Positions 63,591 through 64,000 of a DNA stretch of 64,000 nucleotides are shown here, piece by piece. Origin of the DNA: Takakia lepidozioides (Eukaryota > Plantae > Bryophyta); contig CM060733.1 of NCBI GenBank assembly GCA_030704615.1, positions 64,542,001-64,606,000 on the forward strand, read 5' to 3'. The notes below the pieces were generated by a model. It made no database searches. It saw nothing but the letters and a program-made list of their open reading frames with translations, and was not told where the DNA came from. Every line of letters begins with the position of its first letter. Position 1 is the first letter of the stretch. Both the position numbers and the translations under genes were made by a program.

Positions 63591-64000
63591 CAATTCTCAT
63601 TTAGATAATTTGATAGACATCATGTAAGCATTTGACATGTATTGTCATTTTTAGATTCCAAACACCATCCTCCTTTAATAAGTTATGAAATACATCATAC
63701 ATTGACTTGATCCTTGTAAATAATACAGCACAAAAATATTTGATATTGAATTCTCAAGCATCGTTGTCGTAGGCCTTGTGACGTATTTTTTGCACTTCAA
63801 ATGGATTTTTTCGTGCATGTAAGTTTTTGTGGCACATATAGACTTATTTATTGTTTATTTGTAAACAATTCATCTTTCAACTTTAATTCAACCACCAATA
63901 TTTTAAATTTATTATGTCAATCCATTCACATTCTGTTTCTTCTATTAATCACTTTGAAACTTCTGATTTCACTTATAGTTCTGAATTTTATATATTGATA

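Overview
This is a eukaryotic, repeat-dominated window, most likely from a non-seed land plant (spliceosomal introns, plant gene fragments, Penelope-like and piggyBac-like elements). It has a 500-N scaffold gap at 26912-27411. Almost everything is nested transposon debris: Ty3/gypsy remnants and a solo LTR, L1-type LINEs, two kinds of Penelope-like RT, TTAA-flanked piggyBac-like elements, an F-box/kelch pseudogene, and a chimera of intronless EXORDIUM, TruA and glycolate oxidase fragments. The main discovery is a Mutator/Foldback-like DNA transposon family present as four partial copies (1-1799, 16774-25272, 30560-37397, 48480-56646). They share termini GGGGGCTGCTATTTCATGAGC...GCTCATGAAATAGYAAACCTC, and one copy has an 8-9 bp TSD. 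Together the copies suggest an element with a DDE/SWIM transposase and a second, probably divergently transcribed, multi-exon gene. Once spliced, that gene fuses a ParB/Srx-like domain (VWDGNHR) to a beta-class N6-adenine/N4-cytosine DNA methyltransferase-like domain (DMILLDIPDG ... RILDLTCGTGAS ... RHVFAFEPD). The element is packed with arrays of one palindrome, GGAAAT[T/C/G]CGGCGCCG[A/G/C]ATTTCC, including an array inside an intron of the ParB-MTase gene. This is a candidate transposon-encoded DNA-marking or anti-silencing system. All domain calls come from motif recognition by eye and need HMM or structure confirmation.
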